Both the position numbers and the translations under genes were made by a program. The notes under the pieces were generated by a model, which saw only the letters and a program-made list of their open reading frames with translations, did not search any database and was not told the origin of the DNA. DNA of 23,882 bases from the IMG/VR virus record IMGVR_UViG_2585427765_000009; one strand, given 5' to 3'. This stretch comes from a virus. Its lineage: Duplodnaviria; Heunggongvirae; Uroviricota; Caudoviricetes. Shown here in pieces: positions 1 through 9,940 of the stretch; position 1 is the stretch's first letter; each line of letters opens with the position of its first letter.

Positions 1-766
1 CCAGCTCCACTTCTGTCCGGTTTTTCCAGCTCTTACGGTGTATTACCTCCGCTTTGTAAAGGCCATTGATGCTCTCCGCCATCGCGTTGTCATACGAGTC
101 ACCAGTACTTCCTGTTGATGCCAGTAATCCGGCTTCCTTAAGCCGCTGTGTGTAGGCCAGCGATACATACTGAGAACCTTTATCACTGTGATGGACTGTG
201 CCGGACGGTTGACGGGCCCATAACGCCTGCTCCAGAGCATCCAGCACGAATGTCGTTTCCATAGACGATGAGACCCGCCACCCCACGATGTATCCGGCAA
301 ACACATCAATGATGAACGCCACATAGACGAAGCCCCGCCATGTGCTGACGTAAGTAAAATCAGCCACCCACAGCTGGTCAGGTCGTTCTGCCACGAACTG
401 ACGGTTTACGCGGTCGCCTGCGGCAACGGCTTTCCGGCTGATGGTCGTACGGACCTTTTTACCCCGGAGAACACCGGCAAGTCCCATAACCGCCATGAGA
501 CGTGCCACAGTGCATCTGGCCACTCTGATACCTTCCCGTAACAACTGACGCCAGACTTTACGCACACCGTACACCTGATGATTTTCATCGTATACGCGCT
601 GTATCTCTTTCTTCAGCCAGTCATCGCGCTGCGCACGGGCACTGCGTTTATCCGGATGATGTCGCTGTTGCTGACAGTGGTAATACGTTGACGGGGCAAT
701 ATGCAGTTCGCTGCATAGCGGTCCGACCCCGTACTGCTCACGCAGCTTATCCAGCAGTGGCATCAT
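1..766 (-). CDS. IS3-family transposase orfB (DDE catalytic domain), 3' end beyond window
   Basis: My translation from ATG at 766: MMPLLDKL...[31 protein letters not shown]...[11 protein letters not shown]; no stop before the window edge, so absent from the ORF track. Confidence 0.8.
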   Translation of the reverse strand, partial: MMPLLDKLREQYGVGPLCSELHIAPSTYYHCQQQRHHPDKRSARAQRDDWLKKEIQRVYDENHQVYGVRKVWRQLLREGIRVARCTVARLMAVMGLAGVLRGKKVRTTISRKAVAAGDRVNRQFVAERPDQLWVADFTYVSTWRGFVYVAFIIDVFAGYIVGWRVSSSMETTFVLDALEQALWARQPSGTVHHSDKGSQYVSLAYTQRLKEAGLLASTGSTGDSYDNAMAESINGLYKAEVIHRKSWKNRTEVEL

Positions 767-1089
767 TTTTTCCAGAGGCGGTCGAACTCCGCCTTCGCAA
801 AATAAGCGGAAGCCTGGCGAAGGATATCGTTACTGCGGCGCAGTTCACGATTTTCACGTTCCAGCTCTTTCAGACGCTGACGTTCAGCGGTGGTGAGCCC
901 GCCATCACCGCCTCCGGTATCCCGCTCATGCTGGCGTACCCAGACACGCAGAGTCTCCGGTGTACAGCCAATCTTTGGGGCAATGGAACAAATTGCCGCC
1001 CACTGTGAGTCATATTCGCCCTGACTTTCCAGAACCATACGAATCGCTCTCTGACGGACTTCGGGGGAAAAACGAGTATTTTTAGTCAT
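763..1089 (-). CDS. IS3-family transposase orfA (helix-turn-helix / leucine zipper)
   Basis: 108 aa [22 protein letters not shown]...; SD AAGAGG upstream; stop overlaps orfB start. Confidence 0.85.
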   Translation of the reverse strand: MTKNTRFSPEVRQRAIRMVLESQGEYDSQWAAICSIAPKIGCTPETLRVWVRQHERDTGGGDGGLTTAERQRLKELERENRELRRSNDILRQASAYFAKAEFDRLWKK

Positions 1090-1143
1090 CCTGTTTACCT
1101 CTTTCTCAGGGAGTTTAGTCTCCAGGATTCCCGGGGCGGTTCA

Positions 1144-3070
1144 GACTGTCTGGCAGCAGCAATCTGTCCTTCCACCTGTGCCTGTTGCTGACTGTACTGC
1201 AGCAATAACCGGGTGGCCTCATCATTACGGGGGTCGCGTGTTTTTTTCTTACCGGATGCCAGGGCTTTCTCGTAACGTTCATTTTCACGTTGTATCGCCG
1301 CATCCCTGACAGCCTGATCGGCGTACTGCATGGCATTAATACGCGCAATTTCACGCTGATGTCGTGCTGCTTCCGTTTCATTCATCCGGTTCAGTGCAGC
1401 ATTTTCAGCATTACGGCGTTTCTGTTGCTCCTGATAATTCCGCTCTGCCTGCTCTTTTGCATCCTGCAAATCCTTCTGGCGTTTTTTCTCCTGAAGCTCG
1501 TTAAGACGCTGCTGATCGTACTCAACCTGAGAAGATGATGCCGTCCAGGGGAGTCTTTTCGCCCGCACACTTTCTCCTGTAAAGCGGAAATCTGTTCATC
1601 CAGCGAGTCTTCACGACCAATATTCATGGCCGCATCCCAGAAACGACTCCATAAATCAGACAGATACTTCAGCGTACTGCCCAGCGCATTGAGGTTATTA
1701 TCAATATCCGCAGTACGCCGACCGGTTTCCTCTGCCAGTGCAGACATGGCTATCCGTGCCGCATCACTGGACCGCCCCTGTTCCCCAAGGACGCGTATCT
1801 GCTCAAGCTGAGTGGCAGTAAGAAAATGCAGCTCATTGTCCAGAGCCTTCGCGGCATTTACAGGATCATCCTTCAGCCGCTTAAACTGATTTATGGTATC
1901 GCTGACCGACTGGCCAACCGATCGCTCCATCTGTGCGGCAGCTCTCGCCACCATACCGATATCGTTTCCACGAAATGCACCACTCCCCACCACCTGAGCC
2001 AGCGCACCGGCTGCAGCATGTTGCGTAATACCATTCCCGGAAATAGCACGACTGAGCGTCCACAGCTGCCCGGCAGTGACTCCGGCATAATGCCCCGTCA
2101 GCGACAACTGGCGGTTAAATTCTTCCCCCTCCTTCTGACCATCATACCAGGCTTTACCCAGACCATAGACGGCCGCGGCAATACCGCCAATAACCCCGCC
2201 CAGCATCATGCCTTTCGGTGACATCAGTGTGTCTATCCATCCGGCACGGTTAGCCAGCGTTATCCCGGATCCCCTCAGCGCACCTAAATTGCCGCGAGCC
2301 AGTTCACCTATCAGAACGCCTATCTCCTGGCGGGCCGCTGCACTTTTCAGACCCAGCGAATGCGTGGCTTTTCCTGCCTGCTCCATTTTGCGGATATACA
2401 CTTCTGCAGCACTGCTTACCCCCAGCTGGGCTGCCTTGGCACGAAGCAACTCAGAAGAAGAAAGATTCTGGCGGGTTGCCTGCTCTTTAAGCTGACGGAT
2501 AAACGCCACTTTCTGTCGGGTAGCCTCTGCCTCAGCCTGCGTAAGAACACCGGTTTTCGCCGTAACCTCAGAAATCAGCGCCAGATAATCCTGCTGACCA
2601 ACCCCGCCACTGTTTCTGGCCTGTCGGATCTGCTGCTGAATACGCTGTAATTCCTGCAGCCCCGCACTGGCCTGTTTCACACTGTCAATCTGACGATAAA
2701 ACGCGGCAGCCGCTTTATCCTGAGCCTCCGCCAGAGCCATGGCCTGCGCCTGTTCCTCGCGCATTTTCTGGCTCAGTGCCTCCATACGCTGGCGGGTTTG
2801 CTCCACCTCGCGGGCCATGCGTTCATGAGCCTGTGCGCTCTTCTCCACCGTCTGCGCATGGACGGATGCGGCTGTTGCAGCCGAAGAAGCCGCCTGCATT
2901 GTCTGCCGGGCGGCCTGAGTCTGACGCTCCATAAAACGCTGCATACGGGCAGAAGACCGTTCTGCATCGCTGGCTGCACCATTCAGAAGGTTTTTGATAC
3001 GGGGAATTTCATTTTTAAACTCTGCCGCATCAATCCCCAAATCAATGACCAGGTTGGCTATCTGGTCCAT
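1144..3070 (-). pseudogene. H: Tail tape-measure protein (lambda H-like), frameshifted near 1545-1575 and truncated by the IS insertion at 1143/1144
   Basis: N-terminus MDQIANLVIDLGIDAAEFKNE resembles lambda H MAEPVGDLVVDLSLDAARF; SD GGAGGTG before ATG at 3070; coding continues in a second frame (ORF 1095..1568) that reads into the IS terminus. Confidence 0.8.
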
Positions 3071-3371
3071 AACGCACACCTCCGGAAATACCTTCTCCAA
3101 GATGCATCAGTTCTTCGTCCGTTCGCTCCGGTATCCCGTTCTCTTCCGGTAAAAGGCTGAAATCAGCCACCGCAGCATCACTGCTGCCGGACACCATTCT
3201 CACGATCAATGCCTTCAGCGAGGCAAACTGCGCATCCATCCACACATCACTGAAGCTCTGCATCCGGAAATAATCGCCCCACTCACCAAGCTCAGTGGCC
3301 GACATTTCCGACAGCATCCGCCGCCAGTCTGCCCGCCGGAACTCCCGGGCAAGCCGCATGACAAACTGCAT
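3042..3371 (-). CDS. T: Tail assembly chaperone T segment, expected to be made as a G-T fusion by -1 frameshift
   Basis: ORF lies in the -1 frame relative to G and overlaps the G 3' end; position between G and H as in lambda. Confidence 0.65.
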   Translation of the reverse strand: MQFVMRLAREFRRADWRRMLSEMSATELGEWGDYFRMQSFSDVWMDAQFASLKALIVRMVSGSSDAAVADFSLLPEENGIPERTDEELMHLGEGISGGVRYGPDSQPGH

Positions 3372-3379
3372 TTCCCGCG

Positions 3380-3769
3380 TCAGGACTTTTCCGGCGTCAG
3401 CGCCTCATGCTCATCATCCCCGGCATTATCAATGGCCCCCATACCGCTCAGCGACAGAACCATCTCCGCCCCCGCACCCAGGGCATCATACGACCATGTT
3501 GTAATAACGGATGCGCAAAGCGTCTCTACATCCTTAGACTGATCCGCATTCCACAGTGAGCGGGAAACCAGCCAGGCATTGATATCCATCCCCATCCGCA
3601 GAAAAGCAATCTGTCGTTCAGCCTCCGGCAGTTCTCCCTCCCCGGCATCAAACTTTGCCGTTCGCTGCTGAACAAACGCCAGATATTCAATTCTCTGCAG
3701 CCCGGACAGCTCACTGAGCACCACGGACTGTTTTTCATAATTAAACGTGCCCTGTTTCAGAAACATCAT
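3380..3769 (-). CDS. G: Tail assembly chaperone (lambda G-like)
   Basis: MFLKQGTFNYEKQSVVLSELSGLQRIEYLAF matches lambda G MFLKTESFEHNGVTVTLSELSALQRIEHLAL; SD GGTGGAGA before ATG at 3769. Confidence 0.8.
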   Translation of the reverse strand: MMFLKQGTFNYEKQSVVLSELSGLQRIEYLAFVQQRTAKFDAGEGELPEAERQIAFLRMGMDINAWLVSRSLWNADQSKDVETLCASVITTWSYDALGAGAEMVLSLSGMGAIDNAGDDEHEALTPEKS

Positions 3770-3781
3770 GTTCTCCACCTG

Positions 3782-3806
3782 CAAAAAAGCCCCGGATAAC
3801 CGGGGC
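3782..3806 (-). terminator. Predicted intrinsic terminator or attenuator just downstream of major tail gene V
   Basis: Minus-strand hairpin GCCCCGG-TTAT-CCGGGGC followed by TTTTTTG. Confidence 0.5.
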
Positions 3807-3826
3807 AAATGATGAGTATCGTCCTG

Positions 3827-4570
3827 TTAACCTGCGGCGCTGACAGCCACCGCAGCCACGGCCACAAAATCGCCGTCAGAAGTCATGCCCACAATGCTGA
3901 CACTGCCCTGCTTCACGCCTTTCACCGTGGCCACAAGCCCGTTCAGGGTCACCGTGGCAGTCTGTGGATCTGTCGAATGTACACTGATCGCTTTGTCACT
4001 GGCTCCGTCAGGTTTTACTGTAAAGGTCAGCGTGGTGGTTGCTCCCACTTTTACACTGGCAGATGCTGGTGCCACCGTCAGCCCGGTAACGCTCACTGTT
4101 TCAGTGCCTTCCTCTGCCAGATGCGGACGCCCCACACCGCTGATTTTCACTGTGCGGGTCATCACGTCTTTTGAGGCAATGGTTTTACCCAGTGAGCTCA
4201 GCCAGCCACGGAAAACATCAACAGTGCCGTTGGGATATTTGATACGAAACGCGCAGACTTCACCGGAGTCGAACAACTGAACCAGTTTTTTCTGCCCGCT
4301 GTCACCCGGACGCCAGGCCAGCGTCGCCGAAGTATCACCGACGGATTTCTGCCCCTGGGTTGTCGTTTTCCAGTCTGCATCTTCATCATCGAGATAAGTG
4401 TCATCTTCTGCATCAGCGGTCATTTCGCCAGGTTGCAGATCCTTCACCATCGCAAGACGCAGCCAGTCAGTGTCCGATAAAGGGTTCGCAAACGCATCGC
4501 CCTTGCCGGTGTACATCCAGAACGTCGTTCCCGCACCTTTCGTTTTTGCCAGTGGATTTGGTGTGGTCAT
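3827..4570 (-). CDS. V: Major tail protein (lambda V-like) with C-terminal Ig-like domain
   Basis: MTTPNPLAKTKGAGTTFWMY...LDDEDADW...NGTVDVFRGW aligns with lambda V along its length; SD AAAGGAGGTG. Confidence 0.9.
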   Translation of the reverse strand: MTTPNPLAKTKGAGTTFWMYTGKGDAFANPLSDTDWLRLAMVKDLQPGEMTADAEDDTYLDDEDADWKTTTQGQKSVGDTSATLAWRPGDSGQKKLVQLFDSGEVCAFRIKYPNGTVDVFRGWLSSLGKTIASKDVMTRTVKISGVGRPHLAEEGTETVSVTGLTVAPASASVKVGATTTLTFTVKPDGASDKAISVHSTDPQTATVTLNGLVATVKGVKQGSVSIVGMTSDGDFVAVAAVAVSAAG

Positions 4571-4581
4571 TGCCACCTCCT

Positions 4582-4983
4582 TTAATTCGTGTACGTGATC
4601 TGGTACGTGATTTCCGCCATCGCCCAGGTGGCCATCTCATTATCACGTTGATAGTTAAAACCGAGAGGGATCAGGGTGTCGATGAGTCCGGAAAGTGCCG
4701 GTATATCATTCAGAGCCGGGAAAATGGTGCTCTCCATCCACATATCCAGCTCTGAATCCGGTGCCTGTGCCCGAATGAAGACAGCAATATGCAGAACAGC
4801 CTGCCAGTCATCTTCATCCGTCATTTTTCCGGTGTACTGAGCATCACTCAGCCACACCGCCACGGCAGGCAGTTCCTGCGCATCAATAAATGCCGGAAGC
4901 CCGTCAAAAAACGTGGCGCTGTCTCCACACTGTTCCCGAAGGCGTGCCAGTACGGCCTGGCGGATTTGTGTATGTCGGTTCAT
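4582..4983 (-). CDS. U: Tail terminator protein (lambda U-like)
   Basis: TFFDGLPAFIDAQELPAVAVWL...DSELDMWMES...DIPALS matches lambda U; ATGA overlap with upstream gene. Confidence 0.9.
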   Translation of the reverse strand: MNRHTQIRQAVLARLREQCGDSATFFDGLPAFIDAQELPAVAVWLSDAQYTGKMTDEDDWQAVLHIAVFIRAQAPDSELDMWMESTIFPALNDIPALSGLIDTLIPLGFNYQRDNEMATWAMAEITYQITYTN

Positions 4984-5558
4984 CGGGTCAGCCATAACCT
5001 CAGTTGTTGTTTCAGTGCATACCCCAGCTGTTTCGGCATTTCCGCAGCAATAATGCGGTCGCGGGCATCTTCAAATGCCTGTGTCAGCGGTCCGGACAGC
5101 GGGACTTTCACCACATCAATGGGGTAACGATTTTTGCCATCAATACGCCGCATCACATGCCAGCGACCATTCGCCAGTTGCTGAATAAACGCATCCCGGA
5201 AAAGATATTTACCCACCTTCAGCACACTGCCACGGTACTGCAGTTTTCCACCACGCCGGGCCAGTCTGACCCGGGCTGTCCCCAGCTTAATAGCGGGCAG
5301 ATTGCCCCGGTTAACGCGGATCCTGGCCGTCATTTTTCCTGACGGACTGGCTTTCAACACCCGGACACGCTGACGTACCAGTTTCAGGGGGATCCCTTTC
5401 ACCTGGTTATCTCCCGCAACGGTATTCCCGGCAACCTGCCGGGTGGCGACCGAGACCGCTTTCTGTGCCACACGGTTTATCGCCCATGCGCTGGCCTGTG
5501 GCACCATACGGGTATCAAGGCTGTTCAGATTACGGATGGCATTCTCAAGCCCCTTCAT
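4980..5558 (-). CDS. Z: Minor tail / head-tail joining protein (lambda Z-like)
   Basis: 192 aa; MKGLENAIRNLNSLD...GRWHVMRRIDGKNRYPIDVVK...LGYAL matches lambda Z as recalled. Confidence 0.8.
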   Translation of the reverse strand: MKGLENAIRNLNSLDTRMVPQASAWAINRVAQKAVSVATRQVAGNTVAGDNQVKGIPLKLVRQRVRVLKASPSGKMTARIRVNRGNLPAIKLGTARVRLARRGGKLQYRGSVLKVGKYLFRDAFIQQLANGRWHVMRRIDGKNRYPIDVVKVPLSGPLTQAFEDARDRIIAAEMPKQLGYALKQQLRLWLTR

Positions 5559-5569
5559 CCCACACCTCT

Positions 5570-5845
5570 TTACTCAATAAAGATCATTGGCTTACCGTTA
5601 AAACGTTCATGCCGTGTGACCGTCCATTGTTGTCCGTCATAAACAACGCGATCCCCGCGCCGTGGGCGGTATCCCGAAGAAAACACCACCAGAGAGACCG
5701 CAGGTCCGGACAGAGCATTCAGCTCTGCCAGTGTTTCTCCCGGGATCACAGTCATATCGGCATCATTAATCGAGGCTGTCTTTCCCATCTTTCTGACCGT
5801 GATCGCATCCATACGCGCTGCCAGCCGGGAAAAGGGATCAGACAT
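5570..5845 (-). CDS. Head-tail joining protein (lambda FII-like)
   Basis: 91 aa; RRGDRVVYDGQQWTVTR resembles the lambda FII RRGDTLTIGEENFWVDR region; gene order. Confidence 0.55.
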   Translation of the reverse strand: MSDPFSRLAARMDAITVRKMGKTASINDADMTVIPGETLAELNALSGPAVSLVVFSSGYRPRRGDRVVYDGQQWTVTRHERFNGKPMIFIE

Positions 5846-6161
5846 TGAGTTTTACCGGCACTTCTTCTGCACTGGTTCCGGCATCTGCCCAGACAACCCC
5901 GACCAGCGGATCAGAGCCGCTGTTAGTCAGCTGAACTTTTCCGGACTTCAGATAAACCTTCTTACCCGTTTTCATGTCATCCGTTTTCAGCTTAGGTAGC
6001 ATAAACACACCTTCGGTCATGCCGTCGCCTGTTTCACCCTGTGGAATATCGGTCAGCGCCACCGCAAAAACATCACCCACCTGCACCAGATCTCCGCTAC
6101 TGATGGCTGCACTGGCAACAATCGCCACCGTTTTTCCTTCTTCTACAAAATTCTTTGCCAT
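5838..6161 (-). CDS. Small head-associated structural protein (DUF2190-like, tentative)
   Basis: MAKNFVEEGKT...GDLVQVGD...; SD GGAGA before ATG at 6161; directly downstream of the capsid gene. Confidence 0.5.
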   Translation of the reverse strand: MAKNFVEEGKTVAIVASAAISSGDLVQVGDVFAVALTDIPQGETGDGMTEGVFMLPKLKTDDMKTGKKVYLKSGKVQLTNSGSDPLVGVVWADAGTSAEEVPVKLNV

Positions 6162-6203
6162 AACTGTCTCCGCACAGCCCCGTTCAGGGGCTGATTTCAG
6201 GTA

Positions 6204-6223
6204 CAAAAAAAGCCCTTACGGGC
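6204..6223 (-). terminator. Predicted intrinsic terminator downstream of the capsid gene
   Basis: Minus-strand GCCC-GTAA-GGGC followed by TTTTTTTG. Confidence 0.5.
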
Positions 6224-6247
6224 CATCAGAGTTGTTGTCTGCGACGT

Positions 6248-8206
6248 TTACGCCGTACATTTCACCAGACCGCGGTGATCAACTGGCGCGACACCGGCGT
6301 CAATACGCACTTTCGTTGTCACGCCATCCACACTGAAGCCCTCCATCTGATCAATATATGGCGTATCCACACCGTTGAGATAAGCCACTTCAATCGTATC
6401 GGAGCCTTTTGACGCAGCCAGGTAGAAGGTGGTCTGGCTGTTATCATCAAGACGAGGCTCTGCAATAACGGTCGCAAAATCTTTCACCGGGTTAATAATA
6501 CCGGCGTTAATGTCAGCCCCCTTGACACTTGAGGAGCGAATGACCTGGTTAGCAACAGACTCCATCGCCGTCGGTACCAGTACGAACGCAGGACGAATAT
6601 TCAGATGACGCTCCCCCTCTTTCTGAACGCGCATCAACTGGCGGGCTTTATCCAGCGATGCCACGTCCATTGCAGCGCTCTCCAGTACGTTTGTATGTTT
6701 CGCTTTATCGAACAGACTTACATTATCTGTGGAGATTTTCGGGTTAGACGTCAGAATGGCATAAACCAGATCGGCAATAGTGGATTTCGCCGCACGGCCC
6801 AGCTTCATCGGGACATCGGTCAGCATATTCAGATCATCATTGATAATGGCCTGACGGGTGATACTGAACAGCTCGCCATAGGTCGCCAGTGCAATAGTGG
6901 CCTGTTTATCTCCGGTGGTGACGTATTTATATTCCGCCCCTTCACGCACCTGACGCAGAGCACTGAAGCCCCCCATACCCACACGATGGGCAATTTTAAA
7001 ATCAGACAACTGACCTTTCCGCGTCCACTGTTCATAGGTTTCAGGGGCATCTTCCCAGCCCTGCAGAATGGCTTTGTTCGCAACATCCAGCAGAATATTA
7101 CCGAAGTCAGACGTACTGTGTGTGAACGCCGCACCGACCATCTGCATCGGGTTATAACTGGAAACCCCAATACCCCGTTCAGTCAGTGACATACGGGCAT
7201 ATTCACGCAGGGTCATCCCGTTGTAGACATTATCACGTTCGGTTTTTTCAAATCCGGCACGCGCCATCAGCGCCTGGCGGATCCCGTCCCCCACAAAATT
7301 ACCGTTACCGGCATAAATATGAGCCGGGGTATTTTTATTGGATGGCGTGGACTCGCGCCCCATCTCGTTCAACAGCTTTTCGCGGGCCTGCTCCAGCGAA
7401 CATTCAGGATCGGCAAGACACTGAGCCTGCAGCGTCTGATAACGCCCGCCAAACATGGCAAACAGATCATTAATACCGTTTACACGCGCTTTTTGCTCTG
7501 CCAGTACCTGCGCACGGATGCTGTTTTCATCCACCACGGGTGCTGCTGCCTGCACTGGCGTCCGGGAGGCTTCAGGTTCATTATCCTGTACGCGTGGAGC
7601 ACTGTTGCGTGGCGGAGTAATCATGTTTCGAATGGATTCCGGCATCTTTTTAAATTCCTCTGTACGTTTTGACTGAATACATGCCATTGCCTTAACGGCT
7701 GGCGTTACCTGATCAGCAAATCCCTGTGCCAGACATTCGGCACCGGACATCCAGGTCTCATCCGCCAGCATGGCAGCAATTTCATCGGTGGTTTTCCCGG
7801 TTTTCTGTGCATAAGCGGGTAACAGAACCGCCTCAACTTTATCGAGCAGGTCGGCATAGGTGCGCATGTCCTCCGCATCACCGCCCGTAAAGCCAAATGG
7901 TTTATGAATCATCATGAAGGTGTTTTCCGGCATAATGACCGGGTTTCCCACCATCGCAATGACCGACGCCATTGACGCCGCCACACCGTCGACATAAACG
8001 GTAATGGACGCACCATGTGTTTTCAGTGCATTAAAAATGGCGATGCCTTCAAAGACATCGCCACCCGGTGAATTAATATGGAGATTAATATGGGTGATAT
8101 CGCCCAGTGCATTCAGATCACTGATAAACTGCTTCGCTGTAACACCCCAGAAACCAATCTCGTCATAAATATAAATATCCGCGTCACTCTGGTGACCAGC
8201 CTGCAT
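6248..8206 (-). CDS. Prohead protease (ClpP/S14-like) fused to HK97-fold major capsid protein
   Basis: N-terminal region has INSPGGDV and GVAASMASV ClpP-like motifs; central coiled-coil linker; C-terminal ~330 aa capsid-like; start taken at ATG 8206 (MQAGHQ) just after portal stop, not at 8467. Confidence 0.75.
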   Translation of the reverse strand: MQAGHQSDADIYIYDEIGFWGVTAKQFISDLNALGDITHINLHINSPGGDVFEGIAIFNALKTHGASITVYVDGVAASMASVIAMVGNPVIMPENTFMMIHKPFGFTGGDAEDMRTYADLLDKVEAVLLPAYAQKTGKTTDEIAAMLADETWMSGAECLAQGFADQVTPAVKAMACIQSKRTEEFKKMPESIRNMITPPRNSAPRVQDNEPEASRTPVQAAAPVVDENSIRAQVLAEQKARVNGINDLFAMFGGRYQTLQAQCLADPECSLEQAREKLLNEMGRESTPSNKNTPAHIYAGNGNFVGDGIRQALMARAGFEKTERDNVYNGMTLREYARMSLTERGIGVSSYNPMQMVGAAFTHSTSDFGNILLDVANKAILQGWEDAPETYEQWTRKGQLSDFKIAHRVGMGGFSALRQVREGAEYKYVTTGDKQATIALATYGELFSITRQAIINDDLNMLTDVPMKLGRAAKSTIADLVYAILTSNPKISTDNVSLFDKAKHTNVLESAAMDVASLDKARQLMRVQKEGERHLNIRPAFVLVPTAMESVANQVIRSSSVKGADINAGIINPVKDFATVIAEPRLDDNSQTTFYLAASKGSDTIEVAYLNGVDTPYIDQMEGFSVDGVTTKVRIDAGVAPVDHRGLVKCTA

Positions 8207-8219
8207 CCTGAACCAGGAA

Positions 8220-9728
8220 TTATTCTTCGGACTGGTCGTCGGTGTGCTGCGGCTCCTGTCGTTTCGTTGCGGCACTGCTGCCTCCTTTATCACTGGCCGG
8301 ATCGGTATCAAATACCAGATCCAGCTTGCGGTTTTCATCAATTTCGGCCTTGCGCCGACGTTTGACATCATCCGGATTACGACCACCAGCACGTACCCAG
8401 TCTGATTCTGTCGCCGCTCCACCACGAATCTGGATTTTCCAGGCCTCAGCCTCCTTAACAGGGTCAATCCACGGCATCACCGGTCCGGAATACACCGCGG
8501 TATACAGTGAAGAAAGGTCAAGATCGCGGGGTAGCCTGATAACACCGGATGCCACAGCCTGTTTCAGCCAGGCACGATACATCGGACGGGTGACGGCACC
8601 AATAAACCAGTCCTGCAGGATCAGGTAGCCATCAGTGGATTCAACCAGCTCCTGACGCTGGGCGCTGTAAGTGCCGTTATAGTTGCGCGCTGTACTGGAA
8701 AAACTCAGACGACTGCCCGCCGCCACGGCACGCAACTGACCATTACGAAAAGTTTCAAGGTTAGGATTTGGGCGATCCGACTTCACCATTCCGATTTCTT
8801 CGCCGGGTTTCAGATCATCGTAAATAATGCCTGGCTGAATGGTAAGCTCGCGTTCCTTATCCTTGCTGCCATTACCATCCGCTTCATAGCTCTGCCCGTC
8901 GCCTTTCCGGATGTACATCCCCAGAGCAGCGGCGATCCTTGCTGCAGTCAGCTCAGAATCTTCATACTCTTTCAGGGCACTGAGGCGGATCAGCACACCG
9001 GACAATAAAGACGTCCCGCGCATCTGGTGCAGACGGCGAACAAATTTAAGATGCAGCATTCGCTCTGCATCCACTTCTTTGGTTTCCATCTGCCGTCCGG
9101 ATACGGGACGGCTTTTATACACCAGATATTTTTCGGGACGCCCCCAGTCATCAACAAACACGCCCTGATTCAGCCTGTTGCTCTCATCACTGGTCATGGG
9201 AATAAAGTCCGGCTCGAGCGCCTCCAGCCAGAAATGAACACCGGCAGAAGGCGTCAGGCTGTTTATGCGCCCGGAAACCATCTGGGCAAACACCTCACCA
9301 TCGCGCAGCCAGGTACGAAGCATCAGACGTTCCAGCATCGGACGGGTAAACTGCCCGGTGACTTCCGGGCTGACAGACCATTCACTCCATCGGGTGCGAA
9401 TCTCCGCAGCCAGGTCACGGGCAATGGCCCCATTGCGTAATACCGGATGTGGCTCGACAATAATCCCGTTTTTCCCCACCACCCGTTCTTCCAGCTTGTC
9501 AAATACACCAATAACCAGATCGTGGTTGTTATCAAGGTAACGGGCCTGCTCACGTAACGACACGGCCCCGTACTGGCTTAACTGGTCGGCAGTTCGGTTC
9601 TCCCGTCGGGCTTTGTGTGTCCGCGTCGTTTTTACGGCCTCATAAGCCTGGATCACCGCACGGGAACGCAGCCTTGCCGCTTTCCATCCTGGTGAAAAAA
9701 CGCCAATCACATCATCAAGAATTGCCAT
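8220..9728 (-). CDS. Portal protein (lambda B-like)
   Basis: ~500 aa ORF between W-like gene and protease-capsid; start at MAILDD with ATGA overlap at 9728. Confidence 0.75.
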   Translation of the reverse strand: MAILDDVIGVFSPGWKAARLRSRAVIQAYEAVKTTRTHKARRENRTADQLSQYGAVSLREQARYLDNNHDLVIGVFDKLEERVVGKNGIIVEPHPVLRNGAIARDLAAEIRTRWSEWSVSPEVTGQFTRPMLERLMLRTWLRDGEVFAQMVSGRINSLTPSAGVHFWLEALEPDFIPMTSDESNRLNQGVFVDDWGRPEKYLVYKSRPVSGRQMETKEVDAERMLHLKFVRRLHQMRGTSLLSGVLIRLSALKEYEDSELTAARIAAALGMYIRKGDGQSYEADGNGSKDKERELTIQPGIIYDDLKPGEEIGMVKSDRPNPNLETFRNGQLRAVAAGSRLSFSSTARNYNGTYSAQRQELVESTDGYLILQDWFIGAVTRPMYRAWLKQAVASGVIRLPRDLDLSSLYTAVYSGPVMPWIDPVKEAEAWKIQIRGGAATESDWVRAGGRNPDDVKRRRKAEIDENRKLDLVFDTDPASDKGGSSAATKRQEPQHTDDQSEE

Positions 9729-9940
9729 CAGACCCTCGCCAGCCGATACCCGGGATGCCCCCGTCGTCGTGTAATCAGAGCCGCAAGGCGGCGCTCCCAC
9801 TCCTGCCGTCCCTGCCGGATCTCAGATAAGTTTTCCATGGTCATCTGCTGACCATTAAAGGTGACGGATTTTCCGTCCAGCACCGCCATTTCAGCTTCCG
9901 TATAACGCTGAATCATGGCTTCGATATCATTCTGGTTCAT
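9728..9940 (-). CDS. Head-tail connector / DNA stabilisation protein (lambda W-like)
   Basis: 70 aa; ATGA coupling to terminase large subunit stop; SD GGAGG; loose similarity to lambda W. Confidence 0.6.
   Translation of the reverse strand: MNQNDIEAMIQRYTEAEMAVLDGKSVTFNGQQMTMENLSEIRQGRQEWERRLAALITRRRGHPGYRLARV

Larger units (their letters stand above)
1..1143 (-). mobile_element. IS3-family insertion sequence, IS629/IS1203-like, cut by the window start
   Basis: orfA/orfB pair with ATGA overlap; orfB translation has DDE transposase motifs; minus-strand terminus TGAACCGCCCCGGGAATCC ends at 1143; IS name recalled from memory. Confidence 0.8.

Noticed and set aside
43-588. Minus-strand ORFs 43..324 and 406..588 inside the left IS
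   Set aside because: Off-frame relative to the orfB transposase frame, which contains the DDE motifs
1826-3160. Plus-strand ORFs 1826..2221, 2208..2495, 2360..2650 and 2798..3160
   Set aside because: They lie antisense to the tape-measure gene, have no RBS and unremarkable composition; treated as shadow ORFs of a GC-rich coding region
6605-7676. Plus-strand ORFs 6605..7189, 7186..7473, 7319..7672 and 7455..7676
   Set aside because: Antisense to the protease-capsid gene, whose frame carries clear ClpP and capsid motifs
8207-8467. N-terminal 87-codon extension of the protease-capsid ORF
   Set aside because: Overlaps the portal gene 3' end and reads as non-protein-like sequence; a start at 8206 just after the portal stop fits operon organisation
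9729-9800. N-terminal extension of the portal ORF
   Set aside because: An ATGA-coupled start at 9728 (MAILDD) follows the W-like gene stop; the extension overlaps W in another frame
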